Notes: generated by a model not told the origin, from the sequence alone. A stretch of DNA of 64,000 bases from Octopus vulgaris (GCA_951406725.2 OX597819.1:116498001-116562000), one strand, 5' to 3'; counted from the stretch's first letter, positions 25,751-38,982 are shown. Translations and numbers: made by a program.

Positions 25751-25764
25751 TGTAGAAAGGATTT

Positions 25765-26142
25765 TTCTTTTGTAATCTAGGAACAAGGCCCGAAATTTTG
25801 GGTGGGGCCAGTCGATTACATCGACCACGGCACGCAACTGGTACTTAATTTATCTATCCCAAAGGGATGAATAGCATTTGAGCTCAGAACGTAAAGACAG
25901 ACGAAATACCTATTTCTTTACTACCCACAAGGGGCTAAACACAGAGAGGACAGACAAGGACAGACAAACGGATTAAGTCGATTATATCGACCCCAGGGCG
26001 TAACTGGTACTTATTTAACCGACCCCGAAAGGATGAAAGGCAAAGTCGGCCCCGGTGAAATTTGAACTCAGAACGTAGCGGCAGACGAAATACGGCTACG
26101 CATTTTGCCCTGTGTGCTAACGTTTCTGCCAGCTCGCCGCCT
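25765..26142 (-). mobile_element. SINE B composite (Ba monomer + truncated Bb monomer)
   Basis: Junction at ~25910; Bb tail cgggccttgttcctag. Confidence 0.88.
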
Positions 26143-26164
26143 TGCAGAGAGGATTTTATTATTA

Positions 26165-26481
26165 TTTATTTATTCGCCATTTTCAAGTCTAGCCAGGCTC
26201 ATGGGGCCGGTTTCCCGGTTTCTGTGGCGTATGTGTTCCCCACCCCACTAGATGGACGGGATACCAGTCCATCGCAACGTTACTCAAGAAACAGGAAGAG
26301 AGAGTGAAAGAAAGTTGGGGCGAAATATTACAACAGCGTTTACCCACCCACTGCCGGAGCCTCGTGGAGCTTTTAGTTGTTTTCGCTCAATAAACATACG
26401 CAACATCTGGTCTGGGAATCGAAACCGTGATCCTACGACCGCGAGTCTGCTGCCTTAACCACTAGTCCATTGCGCCTCCAC
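26165..26481 (-). mobile_element. SINE family C variant with a different 3' half
   Basis: Head and centre as at 17615, then gcgatggactgg..cccgtcca..gaaaccgg. Confidence 0.85.
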
Positions 26482-26818
26482 TGTAGAAAGGATTATTGAA
26501 ACAAAACTACACCCAACTCTGTTTCCTTGAAATTGGTTCTCAGTTTTGTATAGCATACTATATTAAAACTACTGCTGCCATGTTATACAGTATTGCATTT
26601 TATGAAGTAATCGCATATTATGAAGTAATATATTGTATGATATAGCACTTTTCATGTCCATTGACCAAAGTCGTGAATATTGATTTATACAACTTGACCA
26701 ATCTACCAAAATATCATTCATCTTAGTAGCATATATTATGTGTAAAATTTATTGAACAACCTACAGAATATGATGAAGCACAAGATTTAAAGAAATAATA
26801 TGCGTACAAATACGCACA

Positions 26819-26851
<33 letters not shown>

Positions 26852-27149
26852 TTATATGTATTTATATATTCATATGTGTGAGTGCATGTCCCTATATATA
26901 TATATGTGTGTGTGTGTGTATGTGTGTGTGTCTGTGTGAGTGTGTACGTGTGAGTGTGTGTGTGCATTTATATATGCATGTATATATGTATGTGTGTCGT
27001 GTACTTGTAAGTGTGTATAGTATACAATAGATTTGTATTCGTATTGCTATCCGTGATATGGAAGAGAGCGTTCCATCTCTTGTGCTTCAGAACACACTTC
27101 AGCTTGTCGAAAATCATTTTCATATTGTATATATATTAATTTTAAATTT

Positions 27150-28000
27150 TGCTATATGGCTAGAAATTTCCGGGGTGGTAGTAAATCGATTACAACAACC
27201 ACAGTGCTCAAACTGTTAGTTATGTTATCGGCTCCGAAAGGATGAAAGGCAAAGTTGACCTCAGCGGAATTTGAATTCACACCGTAAAAATGGACGAAAT
27301 GTTGTTGAGAATATTACCCGATTCTGCTAGTCCACCGCCTCATAATATATATTATGGAAGAGGACGGCGAGCTGGCAGCATCGTTAGCACGCCGGGCGAA
27401 ATGCGTAGCCGTATATCGTCTGTCGTTACGTTAATTCAAATTTCGCCGAGGTCGACTTTGCCTTTCATCCTTTCGGAGTCGATAAATTAAGTACCAGTTA
27501 CGCACTGGGATCGATATAATCGACTTAATCCATTTGTCTGTCCTTGTTTGTCCTCTCCGTGTGTAGCCCCTTGTGGGTAGTAAAGAAACAAATATATATT
27601 ATGGAAGGCAACGGCAAGCTGGCAGCATCGTTAGCACGTCGAGCGAAATGCTTATCGGTATTTCGTCTGCCGTTACGTTCTGAGTTCAAATTCCACCAAG
27701 GTCGACTTTGCCTTTCATCCTTTCGGGGTCGATTAAATAAGTACTGGGATCGATATAATCGACTCAATCCGTTTGTCCGTCCTTGTTCGTCCCCTCTGTG
27801 TTTAGCCCCTTGTGGGTAGTAAAGGAATAGGTATTTCGTCTGCCGCTACATTATGAGTTCAAATTCCTCCGAGGTCGACTTTGCCTTTTCCCTATAGTGG
27901 TCGAATGAATAAAAGAACTGGGGTCGTTGTAATAGACGTAATCCCTTTGTATGTGTTTGTTTGTTTCCACTATGTTTAGCCCTCTGTGAAAGATCAAGAA
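27150..28000. mobile_element. SINE B cluster (- 27150-27341; + 27361-27590; + dimer 27607-28000)
   Basis: Family B motifs; repeat aatatatattatggaag precedes both + copies. Confidence 0.85.
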
Positions 28001-28044
28001 GTAAATAAAAAAATTATGGTTGCTGCCGACGTTTTCAAAGAATG

Positions 28045-28385
28045 AGTGTTCGCAGGAGACTAAACCGCCTTCCCCACTAAGTTTGCTTGTTGAGGAGGGT
28101 AAAATATTTATTTTAGACAAACTGTAGTGTAGAAAACAAAACTCAATAAAGGCAGAAGCATTCAGAGTTAATGGCCATCCCAAAGTAGGTGGACAGAACT
28201 CGTATTTTTGGCCGGCAGTCTCTCTGGAAGGAAATCTGATTTTAAAACTGGGGTAGATAGGGCTCCTTAGTAATCTTGGTGAAAACATGTCAGTACCTCC
28301 TTCCTTGGGATGATAGTGCAAGTAAACAAAATTGTCGAATGGTGATAAGGATAATTCAACGGCATCTGTTTCCCTAGTGGCAATC
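28045..28385 (+). mobile_element. Orphan non-LTR retrotransposon 5'-UTR-like remnant
   Basis: gactaaac..tgaggagggt..caaaac..taaaggcag..gagttaatggcc is colinear with 49893-50020. Confidence 0.45.
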
Positions 28386-28465
28386 ATTATATATACATTA
28401 TATATATATATATATATAATGTATTTAATATATCTTAATATATTATAGGATCTTATTGTATGGAT

Positions 28466-28522
<57 letters not shown>

Positions 28523-28601
28523 TATATATATAAATATATATATGTATATCTATATCTATCTATCTCTGCCTCTGTCTGTCTCTGTCTCTGTCTCTCTCTC
28601 T

Positions 28602-28972
28602 GTCGATTATATCGACACCAGTGCGTAACTGGTACTTATTTAATCGACCCCGAAAGGATGAAAGGCAAAGTCGACCTCGGCGGAATTTGAATTCAGAACG
28701 TAGAAGCCCGAAATATTTAGGGGCAGGGCGAGTCGACTAACGTTTCTTAAGTTTTTATTGCCCACAAGGAGCTAAACATAGAGGGGACAAACAAGGTCAG
28801 ACAAATGGTTTAAGTTGATCACATCGACCCTATCTCATCGATCACATCGACTTAATTTATCGACCCCAAAATGACGAAAGGACGGCGGAATTAGAACTCA
28901 GAACGTAGTGGCATACGAAATACCGCTAAGCATTTCGCCCAGTGTGCTACCATTTCTGCCAGCTCGCCGCCT
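28602..28972 (-). mobile_element. SINE B fragments
   Basis: Family B body and head motifs. Confidence 0.85.
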
Positions 28973-30317
28973 GTATGCATACTGCAATTAGTTAGCTTGT
29001 TAGCTTATCATACAATCATTTAAATCAGGAGGGCAAGGATTTGTTAATTATGCAAGAAATTATCAACACTTGAAATTTCTAATCAGCATACAAGCTTCAA
29101 AGATGTTTGAGCAAGTTGTTTCTTCGAACTGCCAACCAAGAAATAGCAGTAAAATCGTTAATTTAAAGATAGCTGGACGGTGCGCACGCGACGCGTATTT
29201 ATGAATTAGTAAAATCGTTCTGTATATTATCAAAGCATCACTAAAAATTGAAAGATATAGTATCGATACCTCAACCTAACCATCTCCCATTAGCCAACCA
29301 TACTTAATACACAGACAAACGAATGAGCCTCCACATTGTCTCTCAACCGGCTGCATATCGCTATCTACATGATTTTAAAATGGACGCACTCATTGATTAA
29401 CGTTCTCCTTGATACAATGCTAAGAAAAAATTAAAGCTATTAAATAGAGAATGGTCAAGGGTAGAGCACATTTGAAAATAGTTTATCGTGAACAGTGCTG
29501 ACCGGGTGTCGCTAAAAACAATAACAGGCTATCTATCACACCTACATTCAAAATCAATTACGATTAGATTTTAATTGGGCTTGGATACGTTTAGCTATAG
29601 CTGTGTTATATATCCTGCCAGGAAATTCATAACTGCAATTTTTACTGCTGAAACAAAAAATTATTTCGTAGTCTTTTAAGTGATGGTAGATGCAGCAAAG
29701 TAAAGAAAGACCCAACTCTGAAAACAGAAGAAATTGTCACAGATATCCACTAATGAAGTACAGACAACTGGCTCAACACTACAGTAAACTACCACACATG
29801 TACTGTCTCCCTAAAATTCACAACTATGGTATTCCATTAAGACCTAGAGTGAGCTGTAGCGGTTCAGCATGTCATCCACTGAGCCGCTTCTTTGTGTATA
29901 TAGTCCGTCCATTAGTAGGAAAGTCAACATTGTACGTGAAGAATTCCACCCACTTCAGAGAATTGATCAAGGATACCTCCATTTATTCCAACCAGATGGT
30001 GAAACATGTCGTCCCTCAAGATAAGAGTAGATGATCATTGCAAAGCTGTGACACGAGGAGATATTGATTAATTGGATATAGCTAATCATGTATGGAAAAA
30101 TGAAAACCACCTCCCTCGGTGGGATGAAGATAAGATAATAGACAGAGAACACCCCTTGAAAATATGAAAACTAAAAGAAGCAGCACATATGCTACGATAA
30201 AACAACCTCCTAAGAAGACCGAGTGCAGATATGAATAACATATGGGAACCGGTATTATGAAAGGATTGGAGAATATTAGATTTGTAAGCCCTAAAAATTT
30301 TCTGCATAATTGTCCAC

Positions 30318-30391
30318 GGGCATATGGCGTTGTGTTTAAGAACGCGGACTACTAACCTCAATATCTCGAGTTCGATTCCATTCAGTGACCT
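30318..30391 (+). promoter_or_regulatory. tRNA-like Pol III module downstream of the PLE ORF
   Basis: A-box-like TGGCGTTGTGTT and B box GAGTTCGATTCC (30368-30379) at tRNA spacing; cloverleaf degenerate. Confidence 0.6.
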
Positions 30392-30471
30392 GAATAATAA
30401 TACTAGTAATAATAATATTATTATTACCCAATAATAATAATACTAGTAATGATAATAAAATAATTACCCAA

Positions 30472-30514
30472 GACACCTGATGAAGGCTGGAGGGTATATC
30501 AGCCGAAGCGTGTT
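30472..30514 (+). ncRNA. Type I hammerhead-like motif, degenerate
   Basis: gacac-CTGATGA-a-ggctg[10 nt]cagcc-GAAG-cgtgtt; GAAA mutated to GAAG. Confidence 0.55.
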
Positions 30515-31559
30515 AACAACAAACAAGATGAGGACAAATATACATCAAATGTAAATAATGAAAATGAAATATAGTTAACTTTATGACACTACGGGTTAAC
30601 TTCATGACACTATGCTCAACATTACAATATATAATGCAAGCAAAGCTGCATAGTAAAGGAATCTGAAAACTTATAATGCCAATATCTGTCATAGGATTCA
30701 AGAGCATAAAAATAGACAAGAACTAGACTATTAAGTTGCGAAGTCATTTCATTTCTTGAGTTGCTTTAAAAGCATTGACTTAAAATACAGTGGTACTACC
30801 ATCATCAGAATTGAACCGCGCTCATTCCAATTGAGGTAGCAGCAATAACAACAACACAACGAATTAGTTCAACATTAGGCCCGGAATATTCAATACAGTG
30901 AATATATACTTCTTCGTAAAAATTATGGAAATATTTGTGTATTAGAAGATTGTTAAAGTCCATAGAGAATATTTAAGATTCATTTCCCACATCAAGATAG
31001 TACGCAAATAAGTCTGAATAACCTGAAACATAATTTAAGCTGTAATTGGAAACGATAATGCCATATATCGCCAAAATAAATACGTCTATACAATCGAATT
31101 TTATCAGAAAAGCAAAGAGTCATTAGAATTATATCGAGATTCATCAATACATGGGCAGAATATACTGACAAGAGGTGTTTTCTATTTTTTATATATATAT
31201 ACATATATTTTTACTTTTAATTAAATATATCGAACGCCTTTGCTACTCTTCACCATAATTAATGTATCTAAAAGCAATTACTTTCTTCTGGCACGTAGGT
31301 CTGTGTTAGCACATAATTACTCCACTCCGATATTTCAAATATATTTATTCACTGAACACGTACATGATCATTAAAACATGAAAATAATAACTGTTTCGTC
31401 CATGGTTAAACAAACACGCAAACACACACATACATACACACACATAAACATATATATTTACTATATATAAATATATATATATATATAGACACAGAAGTTC
31501 ACAACAAATATATTTGTCTCTCACTCTCTCTCTCTATATATATATATAACCTCTCCCCA

Positions 31560-31594
<35 letters not shown>

Positions 31595-31769
31595 GTAAAT
31601 GTGGGGAGAGTGTACACTGATGTATACACATGAATACTTACATATATAGACATAGAGAGTTGGTTATAAATAAATATATATGTAAATAAATGCATATGTA
31701 TATATATATATTTATATACATTTTTGAGTGTGTGTGTATGCGTGTATGTAGTGCAAGATTATGCAGCAA

Positions 31770-31890
31770 GCAAAAAGCAAAAAGAGGGAAAAGTGAGGGA
31801 CCAACAAACACGGTGTGTTACATTGATGCTCACGAAAATATTGGAGGGATTTTTTGGCGTGTCGGGTCTATGCTCCTCTACAGAAATCAA
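31770..31890 (-). mobile_element. Decayed PLE terminal-repeat remnant (59670 family)
   Basis: Reverse complement ttCTGTAGAggagcatagacccgacacg..tgagcatc..tgtttgtt parallels 59687-59770. Confidence 0.5.
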
Positions 31891-32002
31891 TGATACATGA
31901 AAAAAAAAAAACGATGGAGATAAGAAAATATATCATTGAGCAATACGTGGCTTCCCATGTACATACTTTACACATAGACACATACACTCATATATTAATG
32001 CA

Positions 32003-32072
<70 letters not shown>

Positions 32073-32075
<3 letters not shown>

Positions 32076-33220
32076 GAGGGACGTTCAATAAGTAGTACCT
32101 CTGACCCACTTGCATTTGTTTGATGTAGCTGAAATTTTGCATGTGCAATCATTTATATCTCTATAGAGTAAGTGGTAAATTACAGCTCTGAATTAATTGT
32201 GGTTTCTGATTTACAGGTGTTTGAATCGAGTCAAGTGTGAAATGTAGCCTGTTGAGTGTCGAGCAGTGATCCGGTTTTTGTATTTGAAAGGACGCACACC
32301 ACGGGAGACTTTTGATGAAATGAAAGTAACTTATGGTGATGATGCCCCATCATATGACCTTGTAAAACGCTGGCATCGTGAATTCAAACATGGTCGGAAC
32401 TCTGTGGAAACAGCTCCCAGATCTGGTCGCCCCTTCTGCCATTGATGAAGCATCTGTCCGTCAAGTTGAGGCTGCCATTTTGGAAGAACGACGCATAATT
32501 ATTCGCCAAATAGCCCATGAGGTCAACATTAGTACCGGGTCTGTGGAAACTATCATTCATGACCATTTGCATATGCAAAAGGTGTCTGCCAGATGGATTC
32601 CCAGGTTGCTCACGCATTTCCAGAAGCAAGAACGCGTCGAGTGCTCGATGGTAAATTTGGAGATGTGCCAAGAAGATGAGTCAAAATTTTTCAAAAGACT
32701 GATTACACAGGATGAAACCTGGGTCCATCACGATGATCCAGAGACTAAAGCCCAGTCTATGCAGTGGAAGCACCGTGACTCACCCCCTCCAAAGAAGGCA
32801 AGGGTGCAGCCCTCCGCTGGCAAGGTCATGCTCACAGTCTTCTGGGACCAGGACGGAGTAGTGATGACAGATTTCCTGGCAAAGGGTACCACAATTGCTG
32901 GAGCCTATTATGCTTCACTTTTGAGGAAATTAAGAGAAGTTATCAAAATCAAGAGGCGGGGCAAGATCAGCAAAGGCATCCTCTTCCTGCAGGACAACGC
33001 TCCGGTCCACAACTCGCTTGTCGCCAGATCAGAAGCACAAGCGTATGGCTATGAACTCCTCCCCCATCCCCCTACTTTCCTGACCTTGCACCCTCTGATT
33101 TTCACCCCTTCCCAGTCATGAAGTTGTTTTTGAAAGGAAAGCGTTTCCCAGATGATGCAGCCTTGATTTCTGAAGTCACGTTCAGGTTGGAGGACCAAGC
33201 TGGGGTCTTCTACAAAAACA
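32073..33220 (+). mobile_element. mariner transposon, right end missing
   Basis: TA-CGAGGGACGTTCAATAAGTA left TIR next to (TA)n; transposase inside. Confidence 0.93.
32242..33220 (+). pseudogene. mariner DD34D-type transposase pseudogene
   Basis: M*PVECRAVIRFLYLKG (HTH), RSGRP, WIPRLL, ITQDETWVH, LQDNAPVH, PDLAPSDF; stop at codon 2 and frameshifts. Confidence 0.93.
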
Positions 33221-33232
33221 TTTAAGTTTAAT

Positions 33233-33280
33233 TTGTCAAAATATTTTCGTTGCTAAAATCCGCGACCTGTTCACTGACAA
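33233..33280 (-). ncRNA. Minimal type I hammerhead ribozyme, G3-C8 core variant
   Basis: Reverse complement: ttgtca-GTGAACA-g-gtcgc[ggatttta]gcaac-GAAA-atat-TT-tgacaa; 6-bp stem I and palindromic stem III. Confidence 0.65.
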
Positions 33281-33324
33281 AGTCCGTGCTGCATATATAT
33301 ATATAGATATATATATATTTACAA

Positions 33325-33597
33325 ATTTGTTTTCAGAATGAGATAAAAAAAGCAAGGGTGTGAAAATTTTAGAACATTTATAAATAGGTCTTACATCGTT
33401 AATTTAGGTAAGATATGAAAAAGAGAGTGGCGTGCAGTAATGAAAATCGATGTGAGATATGCAGGGTTATTGCATTTGTAGAACCATTATTTAGGCAGAA
33501 TGGTATACACATAAGATTTTCCGGAAACAGCTGTAAGACCTTCTATTTATAAATCTTCACACCTTCGATTTTTTTAATCTCATTCTGAAAAAAATTG
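33325..33597. repeat. Inverted repeat with a hammerhead 3' half (PLE terminal-repeat remnant)
   Basis: ttttcagaatgagat..gggtgtgaa vs ttcacacc..atctcattctgaaaa; GAAA-cagctg-TA-agacc at 33523-33539. Confidence 0.65.
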
Positions 33598-33655
33598 TTT
33601 CTATATATACACCTGCTGACATATGTCCTTCTGTGGACATACATATATATATATG

Positions 33656-33719
<64 letters not shown>

Positions 33720-33787
33720 GGGAGTAAATCCAAACTTACAGGGAAAAATTAGATTTAGGATTAAATCTAATTTTACAGTATAAATAA

Positions 33788-33919
33788 AAATTAAATTAGA
33801 GATAAAACCACAATTAGGCAAATCAAATTAATTATATTAATTAATTTTATTTCTATGTTTTGGTTTATGTTTTTCACTGTTTGATTTGCCTAATAGTGGT
33901 TTTATCTCTAATTTAATTT
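33788..33919. repeat. ~40-bp inverted repeat between (TA)n tracts
   Basis: aaattaaattagagataaaaccacaattaggcaaatcaaa vs tttgatttgcctaatagtggttttatctctaatttaattt. Confidence 0.85.
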
Positions 33920-35384
33920 ATATATTCATATGTATATATATATATATATATAATTAGTGTTCATTTATATAAAGCAGACGTGAGCCTAAAAGGACACGTT
34001 ACATGATAAAAAGACATTAGCATGTAAGGTGTAAAGTCTACTGAAACATATACGTTTAGGAATTATCTTGGATATTTTCAAGGTTTTATAGATACAAACA
34101 GTAATTTATGAAATATCATGTAGGAATTACTTTAGGTACATTAAATAATTTTATTCTGCAGCATGTATTGAGAAATTTACTCTCATTCGTTAAGCAAAAT
34201 GCGTATATTTTCATTGTGGTAGCTTTGTCTGAGAAATATCCTCAGCGATTTCAGAATAGTTATAATATTCAACACATTTAATAGGGGATATACACAAGTA
34301 ATTCGTATCTATATTCCTTGCCTGGTCAACAATCTCAGCTTGTTTGACTTCCAGATTTGAAACACATAACCTGACCAAACTCCATTCCGAAATCCCACTA
34401 GAACGTTGTAATCAATTCTCTTTCTTGTTGACGTAGATGTTATGCATGCAAAGCTTAACTTCATGAGTAGAAAAGGTGTGGGCTGCATTAAGTTTCTTTT
34501 CATGTTCAGTACTGACAGGTTTCAACACGAAGATCATTACGAGAAAGCTGACATACGGGATGTGTATATGTCTATGTATATGTGTATGTGTGTTTGTGTA
34601 TATGTTTCTTTGTTTATGTATGCATCTATCCTTCTCTCTACCTACTCTTATCGATCTTCCTAAGTATCTATATATTTATCATTTTCTCCCATATTTATGT
34701 GTGTATGTACATATATGCGCCCATGCGAATTGAAACAGTATATATGAATATAAAGAAGCAAAACACAGATTGAAAGAAGTTTCTGTTTATAGTTTATTTA
34801 TTTTCTTTTATATTTTTCCGAGTAATGATTATTTGCATGATGGGTTTCCAAATGTTTGCGGATTTCTATTTCGAAGAAAGTGGAGTTGGCTGCTTAAAAA
34901 AAAAAACACAACAAAAGCGTTTGCAAATAAAGAATAAGTAAAAACAAAAACAGTATAGAAAACAAAGAATGTTTGAGTTATAGAAAGCCGAAAGAGATAT
35001 GCCGAATGTGTTTTCCACTTACACCTATTATACGAGTGAACAATAATTGTGTCTTCTGTCACGTAACTGACAAAGTATGCACTGGTGTCTTATATTCTTT
35101 TGTGATTTTCTAAATACACAACTTATAATTAGCTTTCTTTCCATATTTATCCTTTGCAAACAATTGAAAAAAGATTGCGAAAATATTTTAGCAAACAAAA
35201 TGATTGGCGTATACAAGAAGCCATAAAATATGTATATATGAATTCTTCTGAACAAATATTTTTTAAAAAGTTAAGATAGATACATGAAAGATTTAGTGAG
35301 GAATAGCATCTGCGATTGAAAAACATTTAATAAGCTAGTAATGTCATATATTTCAATTTGTACACTGATATTAATGATATATGG

Positions 35385-35469
<85 letters not shown>

Positions 35470-35618
35470 GTACATATATATATAATAAATAGGTTAACTA
35501 TGTATTTTATTTTCATTTTTATTAAATGTATAAACGCATACACACACACACTTAAATAGTATTTGTGTGTGTGTGTGGCGCGCACGTACGCATATCTTTA
35601 TATATGTGCGTTTTTTAT

Positions 35619-35670
<52 letters not shown>

Positions 35671-35671
35671 G

Positions 35672-35749
<78 letters not shown>

Positions 35750-36039
35750 TACCAACGAAATCTTCGTTCCAACAACCGGCTAAACAAACATGCACAACAA
35801 AACCACACCACTCGCAATGATTACCAACGAAGGCCTCCTAAAACACCACACCCGAATATGGGATATCGGGACGCACTTCTCAATACTATTCCAAGAACAC
35901 ACACCATAAATCACAACAGGACACCCCACATCAACAAAGAACAACTATATAATAGCTACCGTCCCAACGACCGCATTCATGTTTTAGACCCAATACGCAA
36001 ACACAGAGACACAAGATAGCACCAAACAAGCAGGAGGAA

Positions 36040-38326
36040 CCAAAAGTAATAAAAATGATCAATCTAACTCACAATGAACTAACAGCAAAACCAAATATAT
36101 ATACTTGCCAAAGGAGTCAAGTTTACACCCACCCCACAACACCCCAACTATAATGAAATGAAAGAAGATATCGTAGAATTCTGTAGAAAATTACGACTTA
36201 CTGAGGAGCTATATGACAAATACAACGAGGACGAATCGTTGGTCAGAAATAGTAGTAACAACACCCCCTCAAAAGGTAAGAACAAAACACTTGATCATTT
36301 CTGTGACCACATATCAAATTACCCATATCAACATATGCACAAACAAAAACACAAACCAAACTTCAGCAAAAAAGAATGGGCTGATTTGAACAAATTAAAA
36401 CAAGACACAACAATAACAATCAAAGAGGCCGATAAAAGGATTGCAGTTGTCTTAATGGACACGACATTTTACATAACTTTAGTACTATCTATGCTGGAAG
36501 ACACAACATATTATGAAAAGGCACAAAACTACAGTCAACAAAAAATAATGAGGGAACTAAAATCCATGTTAAACTCATTCAAAGAAGGGCTCACCGACAA
36601 CGAATATGATTATATGACCAATTTCACAAGTAAAACCAGCCAATTCTACGGTATACCTAAGATACACAAAAGTGAGAAAATAAGTAACGCATGCAAGATA
36701 GCTACAGACAAAATAATAAAGTCCCTAATCCTAATGACCTCAACTGAGACCCATAATAGCAATTCCCGCATGCGAAACCCACCACCTCAGTAACTTTTTA
36801 GACACCCTGTTAAAACCACTCCTCAAACATGTCAAAAGCTATATAAGGGACGACTTGGATATGCTCAGTCACCTACCTAATACTATAAACAAAAACACTC
36901 TACTAGTATCCTTCGATGTAGTCAACCTCTACTCCAATATCCCCCACAACCTTGGAATAGAAGCAATTCACTTCTGGCTAGAGAATCACGCCAACGAACA
37001 CCCACATCGCATCAAAAAAGAATTCGTGATAGATGGGGTTAAATTCATCCTGGAAAATAACTTCTTCGCCTTCAAAGACAACTTCTACCGACAAAAATCG
37101 GGGACTGCGATGGGTACACGAATGGCCCCCTCCTTTGCCAACCTAGTCATAGGATATCTAGAAATCAGTCTGTATCGTAAGGTTCTACAAAGATATGGCA
37201 GCCCTTTCTCCATCTACATAGAAAACAACTGGAAGAGATATCTAGATGAATGTTTCATTCTTTGGCATGAAAATATAGAGAAACTCAAAGAATTCCAAGC
37301 AATTTTAAATGTACTGGGCGTAAACATCCAATTCACGATGGAATATAGCTAGCAACAACTCCTCTTCCTCGATATCCTCATTAAGAAAGCTAATAATGTA
37401 ATAGAAACAGACATATACTATAAGCCTACAGATTCTAAGCAATATCTTCCATTCAATTCATGCCACCCCAGACACACCAGAATGAATATCCCCTTCAATC
37501 TAGCAAAAAGGATATGTACTATAGTTTCTAATGCAAACACCAGAGACACACGTATACAAGAACTAAAAGATACCCTCATCACCAGGAACTACCGACCTTC
37601 ACTTATTGACTTATGCATTCAACGTGCCCTTCAACTCAACATCCAGGAACTGAGACATCCCAAATCAAAGAAACATTTACGACCAAAAGACCTACCATAC
37701 ATCTCCACACACAACACTCAACAATGAAGCTTTCGACACCATCCTCCAAAACATACCCCTCCTAAAAAAGACCACAGAATGAACACAATCCTCCAAACAC
37801 ACACGATTATAAAAAGCAAGAGACAGCCTAAATCTATGAAAAGTCTCCTAACACAAGCCCGAATACACTCTTCAACACAGAAGCCGACAGTAAAAAAATG
37901 TGGAAGACCCAATTGCAGGATATGCGATTATCTAATAGAGGGATCAGAGTTCTCCTTCAAACAGGGACAACGGTTTACAGTGAAAAGCGACTTCACATGT
38001 GCTTCGGAGAACCTGATATAACACTAACCTGCTCTGGGTGTCAAGAGCAGTACATAGGCCAATCAAAAAATAGTTTGCGTAAAAGAATGGCCCTGTACAA
38101 ATCCCAGATAAAAATTCCCCAAAACAGGAAAATAGCATTCAACCAACACATAGATACTTGCGCCAACAACAAAACACCAAGCTTCAGGATCTTCCCCCTC
38201 TACCAATTCAGGGACGATACAACCTCGAGACAACGAATAAGTAAAGAAACTCCCTTTATTACAAAATACAGGCCACTTCTTAACGGGTCTACGGCAAACG
38301 ATATATACACCTCAGCTTTAGAATAA
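36040..38326 (+). pseudogene. PLE reverse transcriptase / GIY-YIG endonuclease pseudogene
   Basis: FYGIPKIHK, LVSFDVVNLYSNIP, YRQKSGTAMGTRMAPSFANL, WKRYLDE (YLDD mutated), TDIYYKPT..SCHP, CGRPNCRIC, TCSGCQEQYIGQS; several frameshifts and stops. Confidence 0.93.
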
Positions 38327-38454
38327 CACAAATACACACGCAAATATTACATTCCAAAGAATCCATTATAAATCAGCCACAATCACAGCTATAACCCATA
38401 ACGTGCCAACTTCAAATCATACAACACCTCACCACTTCCACTCATTCATATTAT

Positions 38455-38603
38455 CCCTTCTCTTTCTTCTTCTTCCTCTTCTTCATGATCATTATCATCA
38501 TCATCATCATCGCCATCATCATCATCATCATCATCTTTTTCTTCTTCTGCTTCTTCTCCTTCTCCTTCTTCTTCTTCTTCATCATCATCAACATCGTCAT
38601 CAA

Positions 38604-38635
<32 letters not shown>

Positions 38636-38735
38636 CCATCTTCTTGTTCTTGTTCTTCTTGTTCTTCTTGTTCTTGTTCTTCTTCTTCTTGTTCTTGTTC
38701 TTGTTCTTGTTCTTCTTCTTCTTCTTCTTCTTCTA
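38455..38735. repeat. (CTT)n/(CAT)n compound microsatellite in the PLE 3' region
   Basis: Direct reading. Confidence 0.95.
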
Positions 38736-38891
38736 CCCTACCAAAATTCACAACGACTTCGAACCCACAAGTGCAAACAAGAGAGACAGAGAAAGGCAGA
38801 AACAAGGAAAATGCCACTTATATTTGAACACTATACAATTATTCCTTTAAAAAAACTTTTCTTTTAATTTTTCGAAATTTAATTATTTAAT

Positions 38892-38939
38892 CGTTACAGT
38901 TGAAAAGGTCTCAAAATGACCGAAACCGGTACTGAAATG
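38892..38939 (+). ncRNA. Minimal type I hammerhead ribozyme, U3-A8 core variant
   Basis: cgttacag-TTGAAAA-ggtc[tcaaaat]gacc-GAAA-ccgg-TA-ctgaaatg. Confidence 0.7.
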
Positions 38940-38982
38940 TTCTTTATAAAATTATATTAGCATTTTCTATCTTGACTTGTTT

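Larger units (their letters stand above)
29690..30565 (+). mobile_element. Penelope-like element (Poseidon-type), internally deleted, with 3' terminal region
   Basis: PHMYCLPKIHNYGIPLRPRVSCSGS..YVKNSTHF (PLE RT N-terminus) joined to endonuclease C-terminus ANHVWKNENHLPRWDE.KIIDRE..KLKEAAHM. Confidence 0.85.
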
